Positions 24,024-26,075 of a stretch of 26,075 nt of DNA are shown here, piece by piece. The first letter of the stretch is position 1, and the number at the start of each line of letters is the position of its first letter. This DNA comes from Deinococcaceae bacterium (GTDB lineage Bacteria > Deinococcota > Deinococci > Deinococcales > Trueperaceae), in the NCBI GenBank assembly GCA_040256005.1, contig JBDZWC010000032.1, positions 1 to 26,075 on the forward strand, written 5' to 3'. Below the pieces are notes generated by a model that worked only from the letters and a program-made list of their open reading frames with translations, made no database searches and was not told the DNA's origin. The translations under genes were made by a program, and so were the position numbers.

Positions 24024-24947
24024 TCACGGCAAGGCGTGACGCGCGAAGAACTGCCAGATGAACTCGGATGCGTCGAGGTCCAGGTTCACGTTCCCGGCAA
24101 CGTTGGCGGGCAGCAGCCCGGCGCGGCCCGGCCAGTTGTGGCCCCCGCCGAGCACCACCGCCAAGATCAGCTCGTGGCCCGCCGGACAGTTCATGTACCT
24201 GAGCACGCTGACCTGCGTCTCGGGCGACGCGCCGCCGCGCGGCATGGCAACGCTGTCTATGACGGTGCCGCAGGACAGTTTGTCCGACCAGAACGCCATC
24301 GTCTGCTCCACCGAGGCGAGGACCGTGACGGGGCCCATCGGCGTCTGCTGCACCATCCCCTGGAACGGGACTACCTCGTCGTGCGTGCCGTGGATGAACA
24401 GCAGCGAGGCGGGGCCTGGGTCCTCGCAGATACGCGGCTGCCCGCCGAACCCCGCAGCCCCTACGCTGGCGTAGGCAGCGAACACGCCCGTCGCGGCGCA
24501 AGCTACGCGCTGCGCCATGAACCCGCCGTTGGAGAACCCCGCGACGTAGACACGCTTGAGGTCGACCGGGTGCGTGGACGCGATCTCCTCCACCAGAGCG
24601 GCCAGGAAGTCCAGGTCGCTCACGGTGAGGTCGTAACCCTCGATGCCCTCGACGTAGTTCCACTGCTGGCTGATGCCGCTGGGGTAGGCGACGACGAACC
24701 CGTAGGCGTCTGCGACCTCGTCGAAGCCAGTGAGGGCGGCCATGCCGGCACCCGTGCCGCCTCGGCCGTGCAGCACGATGACGAGCGGCGCCTCCCCGTT
24801 CAACCCATCAGGCACGTGCAGGTAGTACTCGCGGGCGTACCCGTCATAGGACATCGTGGTCACGGACGGGCCCTGCGCGCTGGCCATACCGAGCGTCAGG
24901 GCCAGGGCCAGCCAGGTTGCTGGCAGCGACTTGGGCGTGCGGGGCAT
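24024..24947 (-). CDS. Secreted PHB-depolymerase/LpqC-family alpha/beta esterase
   Basis: Start ATG 24947; signal peptide ASA|QG; PLVIVLHG, GFVVAYP, GFSNGG nucleophile, HGTHD, GGGHNWPG. Confidence 0.9.
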   Translation of the reverse strand: MPRTPKSLPATWLALALTLGMASAQGPSVTTMSYDGYAREYYLHVPDGLNGEAPLVIVLHGRGGTGAGMAALTGFDEVADAYGFVVAYPSGISQQWNYVEGIEGYDLTVSDLDFLAALVEEIASTHPVDLKRVYVAGFSNGGFMAQRVACAATGVFAAYASVGAAGFGGQPRICEDPGPASLLFIHGTHDEVVPFQGMVQQTPMGPVTVLASVEQTMAFWSDKLSCGTVIDSVAMPRGGASPETQVSVLRYMNCPAGHELILAVVLGGGHNWPGRAGLLPANVAGNVNLDLDASEFIWQFFARHALP

Positions 24948-25024
24948 GGCCCATTCTCCGCCACGGCCCCGCCGAGGCGCTACCGGCGGATCACCAGCGA
25001 CCGTTCGGTCAGCGACTGGCACGG

Positions 25025-25909
25025 TCAGTCCCAGAACCGCAGGTCGCCGCGCTCGTACTCCGGGTCCGCGCGCACCGCGAACTCCTCCAGGCCGTCCAGG
25101 TCCGGCGGCTCGAGGTAGTAGCGGAAGTTCTCGAGGTAGCGCTGCACGAGTGCCGGCGGCAGGCCGAGGCGAGCGCCCTGAGCGCCGGCGACCTCGGCGA
25201 GCCTGCCCAGGCCGTGCGTGCGCGCGGCCCGGAACCGAGCTACGAGGTCGTCGGAGGGGCGGCGGTCGGCGCGCGAAGCCCAAACCGCGAACGTGAAGGG
25301 CAGGCGCGTGCGCCGGTACCAGGCCTCGCCGAGATCGGTCACATGAACGGTCGGGTTCAGCCGGCTGCGGCCGCTCGCACCGCGTGCTGCCGGTCCTCTG
25401 GGGTCGGGACGAAGATGGCGAACCGCCTCGGTCAGGGCGGCGTCGCCTATCAGCAGGGCGCCGTCGGCCGTCGCCAACATCGCGTCGAGGCTGCCGGGCG
25501 TGGCCAACAGCTCGGCCTCGAGCCCGTCGGCCGCCAGCAACACGCGCAACAGCTCCACGCTGGTGGCCGATTGCGGCGTCACGGCGATCCGCGCCCCGCC
25601 CAGCTCGCGCCAGGGCGGCAGGTGGAACAGCATCACGCTGTACACCGGCCCCAGGGTGGCGATCGAGAAGTCGGGCAGCGCGCGGTAGTGCGCGCGGTGC
25701 CTGATGAACTCCACCGACGAGACGAGCGTCAGGTCGATCTCGCCCCGGAACAGGGCCTCGTTGAGCACAGTGGGCACGCCCCGAACGAAGCGGGTACGCG
25801 GGCCCTCCTCGAGGCCGTGATGAAGCGGGGCCACGTTCGCGAAGTCGACGATGCCGAGCCTCTCCACGCCTGCCACGTCGCCGGGCGCCGGCGGGCGAGG
25901 TTGGCTCAA
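25025..25909 (-). CDS. mqnA: Chorismate dehydratase (futalosine pathway)
   Basis: LGIVDFANVAP, GVPTVLN, GPVYSVML, SATSVELL, ALLIGDAAL, DLGEAW...LPFTFAVW. The TTG start overlaps the mqnE stop. Confidence 0.92.
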   Translation of the reverse strand: MSQPRPPAPGDVAGVERLGIVDFANVAPLHHGLEEGPRTRFVRGVPTVLNEALFRGEIDLTLVSSVEFIRHRAHYRALPDFSIATLGPVYSVMLFHLPPWRELGGARIAVTPQSATSVELLRVLLAADGLEAELLATPGSLDAMLATADGALLIGDAALTEAVRHLRPDPRGPAARGASGRSRLNPTVHVTDLGEAWYRRTRLPFTFAVWASRADRRPSDDLVARFRAARTHGLGRLAEVAGAQGARLGLPPALVQRYLENFRYYLEPPDLDGLEEFAVRADPEYERGDLRFWD

Positions 25910-26075
25910 GCGAAGACCTTCAGTTCGCGGTACAGCGCGTCGCGCAGCACTGGCACCCTGCCGGCGCCCCGGATCAGCTTCCGCAGCGCCTCCTCGTCCA
26001 TGCCCTCGGCCGTCACCGCCCCTGAGGCGTGCGCGATCTTCTCGGCCTTGATCGTGCCGTCTATGTCGGAGACGC
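25906..26075 (-). CDS. mqnE: Aminofutalosine synthase, C-terminal fragment (5'-truncated by the window edge)
   Basis: My translation: VSDIDGTIKAEKIAHASGA...LIRGAGRVPVLRDALYRELKVFA*. The DxDGT..EKI.H..GA pattern fits MqnE rather than MqnC; adjacent to mqnA. Confidence 0.85.
   Translation of the reverse strand, partial: VSDIDGTIKAEKIAHASGAVTAEGMDEEALRKLIRGAGRVPVLRDALYRELKVFA

Noticed and set aside
25340..25420. Arg/Gly/Pro-rich insertion in MqnA
   Set aside because: Falls in a probable variable loop between GDAAL and DLGEAW; frame intact and no sign of an intein or mobile element.

Overview
GC-rich bacterial window, most consistent with Deinococcota (Trueperaceae-like). This assignment is inferred from the archaeal-type non-discriminating AspRS, the futalosine menaquinone genes mqnE/mqnA, and many leaderless TAnnnT promoters. 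Housekeeping or common genes (aspS2, M20 amidohydrolase, tdk, ArsR-VOC-SRPBCC operon, hslVU, mqnE-mqnA, PHB-depolymerase-like esterase) surround an accessory minus-strand cluster (5986-18083). That cluster encodes a SARP/BTAD-TPR regulator lacking an ATPase domain, a 70-aa protein, a membrane-anchored protein, a pseudo-transglutaminase fused in frame to a second secreted protein, and a 1778-aa EPND-repeat/discoidin/double-vWA protein. Two non-coding systems stand out. (1) A leaderless 20-aa Asn/Asp-rich leader peptide (MFVVALNNPDDDPATRSLGA) with antiterminator/terminator geometry precedes the ND-AspRS gene, suggesting a dual Asn/Asp attenuator. (2) Four promoters share a TTGACGN-N4-TTGACGN-N8/9-TAnnnT architecture, the typical SARP-box geometry, defining a candidate envelope-protein regulon for the local BTAD regulator. 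All calls are by eye; no database searches were run.
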